Positions 39,301 to 52,895 of a DNA stretch of 64,000 nt are shown in pieces. The first letter of the stretch is position 1, and every line of letters begins with the position of its first letter. Below the pieces are notes generated by a model. It was not told where the DNA came from, made no database searches, and was given only the letters and a program-made list of their open reading frames with translations. A program made the position numbers and the translations under genes. Origin of the DNA: Chrysomallon squamiferum (Eukaryota > Animalia > Mollusca); the NCBI GenBank assembly GCA_012295275.1, contig CM022670.1, forward strand, positions 27,156,001 to 27,220,000, written 5' to 3'.

Positions 39301-41857
39301 ACAAATAATTTAACTTTTAAGGTTGTTATTTTATATTATTTTTTTTTTCAGATTGCATTTGAAAATAATATTGTAAAATTATCAGAGTGGCTTAATTTGT
39401 AAAAGGAAACTGAAATCCACACATATTGTTAATTCTTAAATATATTGTTATATGTGACATTAAACATGAAAATTTAACATTAAATAAATTTGAAATAAAC
39501 CTTTTGAAAAAGTATTTCACTTTTTGAAAAAAATTAATGTTACTACTGAAGTTTTGTTTTTGTTAACAAAAGCATAAATATTTAAAAACTAAACTGTTTA
39601 ATGAATTTTTTTCTTACTGATATATTTAATTTATAATTTTGAAACAATTGTTTTCATTTTAGATATGATGAAGTGGAAACAATCAGATCAAAATATATTC
39701 GGCCTCGGGCTCGTGTTACACTGAAAATGGCTGACATTCACGAAGGTTTGAGAGTGATGGCAAATTATAACTATGAGGACCCTGAGGAACGAGGTTTTTG
39801 GTATGACTGTGTAATCACAAAAAAGGTTGACACTCGAACACAGAAACAGCTGTGGGCCACAGTATTCATAGGGTAAATCTACAACATTTAAACCTTTATC
39901 AGTGTTGTCCAACTCCAGGAGCTGTTTGTACACATGCCAAGTTTAATATTTTCACAGACCATTCCACCATTGAATAAACAATTGCTTTTAGTGCATTTTG
40001 GCTTGTTTGTCCACATAAGCAAGTGCTTAGGTATATCTACCTGGCCAGCATGCAGAATCATTTGTCATGGACAAGCATTAATGTCCCTGTCCTCCAGTAC
40101 CTTGCATAGTGTTACAGAAAGTAAACGATTCTGTTTATTATAATGAATTTAAAAAAATTAAATTGTTTTTGTTATTTAATTAATGAAATTATTGAGAATT
40201 ATTTTCAAAGCAAATTATTTCTTGTAAAATGAGGCAATTTAAAAAATAATAAATAATAAAAACTGAGTCTAATTCCTGAAATTCCCCAACACTGTAAACT
40301 TAATTTACAATTTTTAAAAATTTCTTTTTCTGCTTTTGTTTTTTCTTCACTACACAAATTAAAAGTTAGCCTCAGTGGTTTAACATTTTATAAATGATTT
40401 CTTTCAGCAAGGAGCTCACACCATTAAATGACTGTAGGTTGTTGTTTGTGAATGAAATCTTTGCTATTGAAAACCAGGCACACAACTTAATGAATTCACT
40501 GATGCAAGCAATCCTTCCATGTCTCCAACTAAACGTAAGTCAAATAAATCTAGATGTTTTTATGAGGCATTTTTATTATTTTTTTAATTTTTAATTTTTT
40601 TTTTTTTACCTTTTTATATTAATTAGATACTTTTGTCAAGAGCTCTCACATTTTTGGTCACCCAGTGTTAATTTTTTTATCTTTGTGTAATGAAACCAAT
40701 TTGTAAAACATAATTTTAAAAAAAACAACAACATATAACAATCAATATTTTGTTTACTTTGACTTTTAATTTATTCAGAATGTTTGGTTCTTTATAAAAA
40801 GTATACATTTTATTAATTTTAAAATAAATTTCCTGCCTTTTTTATATCAATTCTACATGGATAACTGTTCACATAAAAACATTCTGGATGTGCAAATACA
40901 TTGCGGTTTTTAAAAACAGCGTGAAATTGTGTTCTCTGTGGAAGTTCTGTTGTACACTAAACATTTATGTTACAGGTAAAAATAAACCTGAATGTGATCA
41001 TTGCCAAGACAACCCAAAAAGGAAATGCAAGCATTGTGCTTGTTGTGTTTGTGGAGGAAAGCATGATCCTGACAAACAAATTCTGTGTGACGAATGCAAT
41101 CAGGCCTACCATCTTTCCTGTCTTAGGCCTGCCTTAACAGCTGTGCCAGAAGAAGATGAATGGTATTAATAGATTCAAATAGCTGAACTGTTTTAATAAA
41201 CTAATCTAGTAAAAACTAACAATAGGTTGAATAAATGTGTAATGGTGACCGTAACTCTAAAAGCATTCCATTCTTTGTGTCTGTGCTCACATTACTTCTA
41301 AGGAATGTTTGTTATCATTTATAAAAATCCATGTTTCACTTCTGTTCTTCACTGAATGAATTAGTGAAATCATAAATTTAAATTGGCAGAATTTTATATC
41401 TGGTGCAATTGTTTAGTGACATTTTGACTGTTTTGCTAACGATATATATTGTACAACATTTTTTTTTTTTTTTTTTTTTTTGTTGACATTTAAGATTGTT
41501 TCCAATGTTATGAATTTTCCTAGATTTAAGGTTTTCATTTCATATAATTACTGTGACATCAGATTAGATCAGCTTGTAATGTAAAAAATACCAAACAAGA
41601 AAAGAAGTATTCTCTTGCTGTATTTAATTTAGTTTAAAAACAGATTTGTTAATGTAAATGTTTGATGTTGTTTCTAGGTACTGTCCTGACTGTAAAGTAG
41701 ATGATACCAAAATTGTAAGAGCTGGTGAGAAGTTAAAAGAAAGCAAAAAGAAGTCCAAGATGGCGTCTGCCAATTCTGTGAGCAGAAGAGATTGGGGAAA
41801 GGTGTGATTAATTTTTTTTTTTTTTTTAATCTTTTTTAATTTTTAAATTTTTTTAAT

Positions 41858-41889
<32 letters not shown>

Positions 41890-44800
41890 TATATTGCCCC
41901 TGTTAATTTAAATTTTCTAAAACATTTACTATTTTCACTTAGTTGACATATATATGTCAATGAATTTAAAATGTTTAGCTTTATTATTATGTATACTTAT
42001 TCCTTGAAATCGTTTTAATGAAAAGTAAATTTGCTTCTCTAAATTATTGCAAGTGTCAGTTTGTTTTTCCATTTAAATTTATGTTACAACTTCTTTTATT
42101 ATTTTTTTTAAATGCAGGGAATGGCTTGTGTTGGTCGAACTAAAGAATGTACAATAGTTCCACCAAATCATTTTGGGCCTGTCCCAGGTGGAGAGGTTGG
42201 AATGATGTGGAAGTTCAGGGTGCAGGTGAGTTCTTTTAAAATAAATATTAATATTTGAAACTCTTTTATTTTGCATATCAATTTATTACTCGTGAAATTC
42301 GGTACATGTACAAAATAATTTTTACTTTTTATGACCATCACTTCGGTTAACTTGATGCTTCAAGAAATATTTTGGTTGTTTTATATGTTAAATGTTTATA
42401 GCATATGTTTAACTCGAAAAACTGGAACATAATTTTTATTTTCACAGGTTAGTGAAGCTGGGGTACATCGACCTCATGTCGCAGGCATTCATGGTCGTGA
42501 AGAAGATGGTGCCTTTTCCATTGTCCTTTCAGGAGGTTATGAAGATGATGAGGTAAAATACAACTCATTATTAAAGAACAAGCATTATTAAGTTTTTTCA
42601 AGATGCTTGATTCCATGTTATGAACCAGTTTTTGTTACCAAAGTTTGCAATGCCAGTCCAATTTTGCTTTGTTTATTTACAGTGGCTAATGTGGCCTATA
42701 ATGATATGTGTTTTTACCTTAGATATTTGTAACATTTATATTCAGCCTTCTTTTTTCTTTTTTTTTTTTTTTTTTTGTAGACCTTGTATTTTCCATTATA
42801 AAGACTCTTGCATTTCTGTGTGTATATATATATATATTTTTAAAATGTTTCTACTCTGCAGGATTGGGGAGAAGAGTTCACATATACAGGAAGTGGAGGG
42901 AGAGATTTGTCAGGAAACAAGAGAACAGCTGAACAGTCATGTGACCAGAAACTCACTAGAATGAACAGGTAATGTTTTAAGTTCACTATGCATTTATTTA
43001 TCCTTTTTTTTCTTTTGTCATTTAAAGATAGTTATATATTTACATTGCTGTAAATTTGTGTGTTTATTAAAGCATGTCTTTTGTTTTATTTATTTATTTA
43101 TTTATTTTCTCGTTCCAGGCTTCTTTAATAATAAAATGTGACAAAACGAGTTCTTTAGGATGTGTGGAGGTTGTCATCTTCTTGCTAAAATAATTTATCA
43201 AATATGTGGTTAAAAATTATTATCTCTATAATTTCACGTAAAATTTGAAATTGTTTACATCTTCTCTTTTTGTAGAGCTCTAGCCAAGAATTGCAATGCT
43301 ACAATAAACAGCAAGGAAGGTGCTGATGCAGGGGACAAGTGGAGGGGAGGCAAGCCTGTGAGGGTGGTTCGTAACTGCAAGGGAAGAAAACACTCCAAGT
43401 ATGCCCCTGAGGAAGGGAACCGTTATGATGGGCTTTATAAGGCAAGTTTATTTAGTACTTCAGTACTAAGTAATTATTATGCTGTCACAGTTTTGCATTT
43501 AAGATTACACAGGGAAACGGCAAAAGAAAAATATGTTTTATAAATGTTCTTTCAGAACAATTGGTTGACAGTTTTTAGGCTCTTATATATATTTGGCTAA
43601 ATATATTAAAAATTAAGTTTACAGTTTGAAAATAGAACAGATTGAATTTGATTTTTAAAAAAAAAGCATTTTCCAGTTGAGTCATTTTTTTTTTTTTTTT
43701 GTTTGTTTGTGTGTGTGTGTGTGTGTCAAATTAAATATAAATATCCCTAGGGCAGTGTTGTAATGAAGAATGCTGGGGAAAATGAGTCATCAGATACAGA
43801 CAGTCAAATATTGTCTATTGAAAAAAATTCTAACAGACAAATATATTTACAGATAGTCAAGTATTGGCCTGAGAAAGGAAAATCTGGATTTATTGTCTGG
43901 AGATATTTATTGAGACGGGATGATCCAACTCCAGCTCCATGGACTGCTGCTGGCAAAAAGAGAATGAGGACAATGGGTTTTGAGATGGTGGTAAGTTGGA
44001 TAATTAATTATTAATAAATTATTTTAAAACTAAACCGTTTTGATGGTTGACTTAGAAATGATGGTTTAGTTGGAGTAGTAGCATTAAAATTAAGAGATAG
44101 TTTTGAAGAATCGTTATTCATTTGTTAAAAAAAATATATATATATATATATATATATATTTTTTTTGTGTGATTTTTCATATCAAAGCTGAGTATTTGGC
44201 ACAAAAAAATTGTATATTTATTTGACCTTATGATAATATATTTTCAGATAAATTTTTGTAGGTATTTTGATGGTTGAAAATGTATGGCTGTTGAAATGGG
44301 TAACATTGTAATCTTCAGTGCATTTATAGTTTATGTTCACACACTTGGCAGTAAAATAGATGATTAGTAAATTAAAAGAACAAAAAAAAAAATGTATGCA
44401 ATTTGTGCTTACCATTAAGAAACACTTAAAACATTTATCATTGTATTTATAGTATCCAGAAGGCTACTTGGAAGCTCAGAAGGAGAAGGAAAAATTAAAA
44501 GAAGCTGAAGAAGAAGAAACTCCAAAAGGAAAAGGAAGAGGGAAAAAGAGGAAAAGTGAAGGTTTGAGCCATAATCAGTATTTTACACCATTGAAACAAA
44601 TTGACAAACTAGCTGTTTTCAGTAAACCCAACCAGTATTATTCTGTTAAATGTTATTTCTCATTTTACAATGGTACACATTTTTTTTTTTTATTCTATAA
44701 AATGATATTGCATGAAACTTTTTTTTATATAAAATGATTATATTTCATCATATTTAAACCAGTAACTTTTAAATTATTCAGTAAAATGATTTCCACTGAA

Positions 44801-45913
44801 CTTTTTTAGATTTAAGCATATACTTACAATAAACACACAGATCCAAACTGACAATTTTATTCTTTTAATGAATAACATTTTTGAAATACATTTTAGCAAC
44901 ACCCAAAGGCACACCAAAGAAAGCCAGAGGGGTTAATTACAAGATTTCTGATGAACATAAGGAATTAATCAAGAAAGATAATTTGAATGAGAAACTGTGG
45001 AAAGAGGTTTTAGATGTGGAAAAAGAGGGGTATCAGGTTTGTGTATTTGGATGTACAATCTGTTAGATAGAAGATAATAAATACATCACTTTGTAAAAAC
45101 ACAAACATTACTTTTATGATAAATTTAAAAAAAACAACAAAAAAAAAACCAAAAAATTTATATAAAAGAATCTTGGTGTAATATTTTCTAATAATTTAAT
45201 ATTTCATTTATTGTCTTAAAGTTATTAATAAATTTTAAAACAGTAACAGAATTTCTTACACACAGTGTTTTTGAATGTTTTTTTTTTTATTTCACAGAAA
45301 TTTCTGGCAAAGGTGGAGGAGGTTTTTATGTGTGTGTGTTGTCAAGATCTTTCTTACAAACCTGTTACACTTGAATGTTCTCACAATGTATGCAAGGTTA
45401 GTAAAATAGATCATTTAAAAAAACAAAAACAAAATCATTTACAAACTACAGGCAGAATATTAGAATTTGATAACATATTAAAACTTCAGACCAGGGTCCT
45501 GAAAATATATCTTTATTTCCTTGAAGCTCTTCAGTATTTAAATTCGAATTATTATTTTAGTTTTTGTTTTATTTTATTTTTAGTCCTTTAATAGTTTTGT
45601 GTTTTGTTATTCAATATTTTTATTGTTTTCAACTTTTGGATAGTTCAGTATTCCACTAATGTTTCTGAATAGAAGATTCTAACAGTTCATTGATCAAAAT
45701 AATTAAAGTTAAAGCAACTGTTTCACAATTGCTGTCTCTTTTCTTTTTATTTCTTTCAAGATTAAAAAGCTAACATAATTATGAAAGTTAGGATTTATTT
45801 GTGGCTTTTATTGCATCCTGTTATTTTAAAAATCAGTGCAGCTTATAGTAGCAATTTCTGTCTTTTTATATCTCATTTCCTTTACATTTATAAGATTAAA
45901 TCGAGTACCCAAT

Positions 45914-45952
<39 letters not shown>

Positions 45953-46107
45953 TTTTTCAGACATGTTTGAGTAGGTCATTCAAAGCTGAAGTTTACTCCT
46001 GCCCAGCCTGTCGTTTTGATCTGACGAAAGATTTCAAAATGCCAGTCAACCAGCCTTTAATTGCAGTTTTAAATGCTCTCTTCCCAGGATATGAAGCTGG
46101 TCGGTAA
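36374..46107 (+). CDS. UHRF1: E3 ubiquitin ligase UHRF1 (UBL-TTD-PHD-SRA-RING), about 850 aa, 17 exons; apparent 1-nt deletion in exon 6
   Basis: Exons 36374-36526 ([10 protein letters not shown]), 37430-37579, 38421-38483, 38834-39252 (GAWFEA), 39663-39872 (IRPRAR..RGFWYD), 40408-40534, 40976-41162 (PHD), 41678-41801, 42118-42225, 42448-42552 ([10 protein letters not shown]), 42862-42968 ([13 protein letters not shown]), 43276-43441, 43853-43990, 44453-44561, 44897-45036, 45298-45396, 45961-46107 ([12 protein letters not shown]). Confidence 0.97.
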
Positions 46108-49100
46108 AAATAAAACACAATAGGCAATTCACAAATACTGTATAAAAGTAGTACAACCTTTAAAATACAAAATCAGAAATAATACCATTCAAAACAGAGG
46201 AAGCTGCTTTAACTGTTGGACCTTTTTCAGTACCCAAAAAATCCATGATAGAAAAATATACCATTTATATTTAAAAGAAGAAAATTTTTAAAAATTGACT
46301 GAACAATTGTAGATGTCTTCCTGATATAATATGAAGCAGGAACTTAACAATCACAATTAAAAGGTACAGTAATCAAAACTGAAACATCTCAGATTTACAA
46401 AAATTAAAACTTAAATTACATCTAGTTATCCTAACACATGGTTTGATGAAAAGTTTATCATACATGTAAAGTGCTATTTTGATTTTTCATCATTTGAAAA
46501 TATTTTTTTTTATGATAATAATTGAAACGTTCAATGTGAAAGACATTTCGTTTATGTCTCGTATATTCTGAGGATTTGACTATTGCATATAAAAATGGTT
46601 CTGAAAGTCTTGAGGCTGAGTTACCTGCTCAAAATGAAGAAACCAAGAAACAGCCAGTTTTTAATTTTGTATTTTTCAAAATTGTATGTCAGGACACTTT
46701 TAAACCATTGCACTTGTATAATGAATTTTTAAAATGTATCATTTAATAAATTGTATATCCTGATAGTTACATTCTATCACATCACCCTTTAGAATCATTG
46801 GTAGCTAAATACATTGAAATGAATGTCTTAAAGTATCATATTTTCCATTCTAACTATTGCTCATGCAGTAGGAGTAACCCATACAGTGGTGACAGCAGAC
46901 ATTCCTTTTTCTTGCTATATTAAAATTAATGCAATCTGAAAAAATTACCTCAAAGTGACAGTTTGTATGATTGGTTTAGAAATGTTCAGGTTTTTTTTGA
47001 TACCTAAAAATGATAGAACTGTTTTTTGTTTTTTTAGGAAATGATGAGTATAGAGAATTTGTATTGTTGTGTGATATACTTTGTTTTTAATTGTTGACAA
47101 CTGATTTTTTTACCAAAAATGTGCAAATAGTTCATTGTTTGCATATATGTATTTGTCTTCTACACATTTTGTGTTTTGTAATTGTTTTTACTGCATCCGT
47201 GTTTATGAACAGAAAAACTGAATGAGTCTTAACAATATGCACAAAGGTTGAAACTTTAAAAAAATAATTTAATCTATCAAAAGATGTTAATAATAATAAT
47301 AAATGGGCGTGGGTTTTGCTTGCTTTATTTTATTTTTATTTTTATTTTTACTTTTTAACTTTTAGAACATCCAAATCAAATTTGATGATTTACTGATCTG
47401 ATCATTTTAGTTTTCATTATTAACAGCCATATTAAGAATGGAATAAAAACCAAAAATAACACAAAAGTTTCATCAAGATTTTGCAGTAATGATTATTTCT
47501 CATTTGTGTTTTTTTTTTTTTTTTATCTGAATCAAATTTGAGTTGTTAAATAAATATTTATAGTGGCGATGGTAAGTTATTACCGATATATTTTATCATA
47601 CTGAAATAACCTCATATGGACAGTGTTCATGGTTATTACCTCGACTGATTTATTGCAAAAGATTTATATCTATTTTTCTTACTCTTTCATTTGAAAGACA
47701 TAATTGTTTATTTGTATTTTATGTTTGGGGTGTCGTTTTTTTTTTTGTCCTTTTTAAAAAGAGAGTTTTCCCCACTACAGGGATCACTGTTTATAATGTA
47801 CATAGTTTATTTTACTTTTATTTTTTGTACCTCATTTTCACAAACATACCAAGACACACATTATGGATAAAACTTTTATTGACAAAGAATATCAAAATCT
47901 GGGATTCCGACAAATAAAGTGCACACATAAAGAAACAAGAGCTGGAAAGAAAATTTGGAGAAACAAAACAGACACACGCATGTATATACATTCAGAATGT
48001 AAGATATATTTGTGTGAAGAAACAAAAATATATAATTACCATGATGTTAATTTTTAAGGCCGAATTCTTAAAAATATATACTACAAAAATTATTTTTTAT
48101 TTAAATTTTTTAAAATTTGTAGCAAAGCGCCAATATATTTTCCCTTTTCTTTAGCTTTTTTCTATTTACTAATGTTAATTTGTTATTTTAAAAATGTTTT
48201 TAATTGTGATGTACATAAAATAAATAGATCTAGATAATGATCCATATAAGAATCAAATTATATTTTAATTAAAATTAATTTAATCTAATACAAGATGTTG
48301 GGAACTGTTAACAAAGTAACTCATGTGAATAAAGTTCGAAAATAATTTACATTTATTTTATTTGTTTATTTATTTATTTATTTATCTATACATACATTTT
48401 ATTATAGTTTAATTTAAAAGTTTATAGTTATTTCATTTATAAAGACCTGTTATAAATCATTTAAAATGACTAATGAAATTCTTATGTTGATGATAATAAT
48501 TTACAAATGTGATGTCTTTTCTTTTTCTTTTTTCTTTCTTTTTTTAATATATATTTTGAAATGTATCTAAAGGGATATAAATTCAGCTTATTTTATTAGT
48601 GTTTTTAAAGTTGAAATTGATATTTATAAACTGACAAACTAATAAAATATTTACATTTACTATATTCTTTGTTTTCAGAGATTTGCTTTAAAAAAAGTAA
48701 CAAACAAAATAAAAGAAATTACTAGTATTTATTTACAGAAATAATGTTTTTAGTATAAAGTAAATTTTTTATTATTATTAATTTTGATTTTAAATAAAGA
48801 TCTTAATAAATATGTATATACTTATGTATTTACTAAATGATATTAAATTTACACTATAGTTTTATGTAGTTAATTACTGTATGAAATAGGATTGCTGATT
48901 ACTAGATAAGAGATGGTCAACCTGTATCTAATATATTTTTACATTAAATAATGAAATTTTTCAGAAACCTTTGCAAATTTGCTTTTTAATTTTTAATCTA
49001 AAACATTACCTTCTTTATAGAAGAAAATTACAATTGTTATTACTTTTTCATAGTATAGAGAAAAACAGTAATAATATAGTAATAATAAATTAGAAAAATT

Positions 49101-49956
49101 ATAAATACATAAAAAGTATAGTTATGTTGTGCGTTAGTGGAACATTTATCCTTGTGTGATAATAATGCAATAAAGAAAATAAACATTGCATCAAGTGACT
49201 TAGAACATCTCTGTTGAAGTTTTACTCAAAATAATTTTATGCTATTAAATGAAAACTATCACTGAAGCCAAAAATTAACAGTAATTAAACAATTTTTTTC
49301 AATGATAATTTCATACATTATGCAGTTTTGTTGATTTTTCTTTTAAATAAAACACAAAAATGGATAAACTTAAAATAATTATGGTGATTGTGTACTGTTA
49401 CTGTTGAACATTTTTATTAAACAAAAAAACTATTGAATCATTCATCCTTGTGTTTTGTAAACCATTTGCATCTCAGTGTTTGTGTTACTGTATATGTTTT
49501 TACTTTACAAATTTTTAGTTGTGTAATACATTTTGTAAACCAATAATAAAAATAATAAAAGACAGCTTTTTTGTTGTTTTTAGACATCCAGTCATTCTTA
49601 ACAGAAATATGTATACAAATATACATAGGATAAAAAAAACCAACATCAAGAGGGAAGAAAATAATATGATCATCCATCAGATATGATGATATTGAATATA
49701 CAATTTTTATTTTGACATTGAAATTTATATATAATGTAAGAATAATTCCATGTTTTCATCAAATATTAGAAAAATATACAATATAAAAAACTACCACCAT
49801 TTGACTTACTACTATTCTGGATTGTCTTTGAGTTAGAAATTCTACAACAAGAAGCAAATAAAAATATACCACTATAAAACTTGGTATACTTTAACAACCA
49901 TTACACATCCTGAAACCACTTTGTACTGTGTCTAGTTCTTTCCAACAATATAGTAC

Positions 49957-49990
<34 letters not shown>

Positions 49991-50203
49991 ATGAAATGAA
50001 AGAAAAAAAAATCTCTTCTGATTATATGCTTTGAGTCACTTCGAAATTTATATTCATAAAACAGTTTTGATAACCAGAATAACCACTGGTTAATTTTTAC
50101 AAAAAGTGGCCAAACAAATCTGTTGCACTACTATTTACACCTGCCACATTCTGTGCTGTCTTTCTGAATCCGTGGCCGAGATTAAAATTTAAAAACGAGA
50201 TGA

Positions 50204-51060
50204 TTATGTGTTTCTTCTTCTCAGGAGAACCTTCTCTAAACCTATAGTTGGTGCTTCAAAAGCCAAACTGACCACAAATGCTGCACCATATGCTGCCAAC
50301 AGATAGCTCATAAAAGCAAATGCCTGAAAGGAAAACATAATATAGGTAGAGTTGGTTTTGACAGAGTATGTTTGTTAATTTGTCAACTGAATTATGAACC
50401 CACACTGAGCAGCTGGGGTGGTACATTACAATCTGTATTAGTTGCAATTCAAAGAGAGTGAGTTAAAAGGCATCAGGGTAATTCTATCTGATGTTTCACA
50501 AGAAAAATCAGTTAACATAATAACATTAAAATGTGTTGAGCTATTAATAATTTAATACCTCTTTATTTTTTTTTTTTTTTTTTTTCGAATTTCCATTGCT
50601 TTGTAATGCATTTGAAAATGAAAATTTAAAAGAATCTGTCACTTACTATGTTGACATATGTGAAATAGAACAGCTGCTGTCCATTGAAAAGATATAAACA
50701 AATGACGAGAGGATGGACTAGGTAGGCACAGTATGTCAGTCGACTAAGGGGGATAATTGCTTTCCATGACAGAAGAGTGTTAATAAACCCTGGAACCAGA
50801 AAAATAAAATAAAATTATCACAACTGGAATAAACTTAGCAGTGAACAGATACAAAGAAAACATATACAGAAGAATTGAAATAATTAGGAATTATCACAAT
50901 GCACTATGATTTCTCTGATCTGATTTATCAAATACTAAAATGTAAAACTTCAGTAAACTGAACACACTTTCACAGTAAAACTTTTACATAATCCTGATTC
51001 TGTTGAGTTTTTGAAAATTTAACTACAACAACAATAATAATAATAATAATAATAATAAGG

Positions 51061-51091
<31 letters not shown>

Positions 51092-51550
51092 GTAGTAGTA
51101 GTAGAAGTAGTAATTAAATAAATAAATAAATAAATAAATAAAATTTAACAACTTTTTAAACTAAGATAAAACCCCAGCAAAAGTTGGTTTAATAACTGGA
51201 ACACACCAGTTTGGAGTATGGTCTTTCAAAAACAAAATCACAACTCTAATAAAACTGACTACATGCCTCCATGACCTGTAGCACAGGAAAACACAACCCA
51301 GCATACGCTGACAGCCCATGCCTCTCTAGACACAGCATTGTAAAATGATGCAGTGTTTTGAGTAAGAGGGTGACCGTGAAACTGCCCCTGTAGTCCGTAA
51401 GTTACTGCTAAAGCTGTTGCTGTTGCTATCATCCACCCAGTGATATTAACAAGCTAAAATAAAACATACAGCATTATTCACAGAAACATTATTATTTTAT
51501 TATGTAATATTAAACTACCAAAATAATGCTGTTTGTTAACTAAACACTAA

Positions 51551-51596
<46 letters not shown>

Positions 51597-52266
51597 CTTT
51601 CTCAGACATGTGAATGTGTATATATAAATATATGTTTGCATGGGTGTATATATAATTATTTCTGAACATGTATGTACTGATGTATGTGTTTATGTGTTTA
51701 TGTGAATATTATAGAAATGTTAAGAGTGCATACATAATAGTTATGTTTTACACTATTACTAACCTTTGGTATTTTAACTCTGCATTGTGTTCTGTAGAGT
51801 ACATATCCTGTTGCCATGCCAATAAGATAGGGTCCTATTCTGACATATGGCTTTATGTAAAAGTCAGTGAAATTGGATGGAGTAATATTAGTTCTGAAAT
51901 ATAAAAAAGAAATCATTTGTAATGCTTACATAAACTGCAAAAAACACACACTTAGGTGACAGTTTTGCCATTAGTAAAATGATGCATGTTGGTTATAACA
52001 GTGTATATAAACTGATGCAGACGACAATGGTGATGTAGATCATGATAGTAATACAGATTGTGATGTAGATGATGTTGATGATAGTGATGCAGACGGTGAT
52101 GATGATGATGTGTGCTACACACACTGGTTGTGTGGAATGTCTTGCTTACCCTCCAGCCATGTAGCCATTAACAGTGCTGAGAACACCAGACGTGACGAGG
52201 CAAGATAACAGAAACACCAACAGTGAAACACTTCCTAGAACAACATTGCTGAAAAGAAATGTTTTC

Positions 52267-52324
<58 letters not shown>

Positions 52325-52494
52325 TATTTATTTAATAAATATATATAGACATACATACATACAGAGTACATATATACTTACATACGTATACACATACAAA
52401 GAACGGCGTGCTTCGTGGGAAGCGATGATTACCATCGGTTATTGTGCAACTTGTTTTAAGGTTGTCTCAGTGGCCGAACAGTAACATCGTCCGC

Positions 52495-52584
<90 letters not shown>

Positions 52585-52843
52585 TTAACGTGCGATATAT
52601 AAAACTAATTGCTTACTAAAAGAAAGGTACAAAAATGAGAGGACTAAGTATAAAGAACTGCATGTCACACGATAAATACCACGACCAGCCCATACACTGT
52701 AAACAAAAAACACAAGATTAAAATAAATTCAGTATATCACATGTAATAATTACTTTTATGTTGTTGATTTTTTTTTGTAGGTGTTTATTTTTTTTATTTT
52801 ATTTTTTTAAATTTAATTTAATTTAATTTAATTATTTTTTTAA

Positions 52844-52895
<52 letters not shown>

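Noticed and set aside
39934-40143. 69-aa ORF in UHRF1 intron 5 as a possible alternative exon
   Set aside because: No convincing splice sites or similarity, and flanking exons 5 and 6 join in phase without it.
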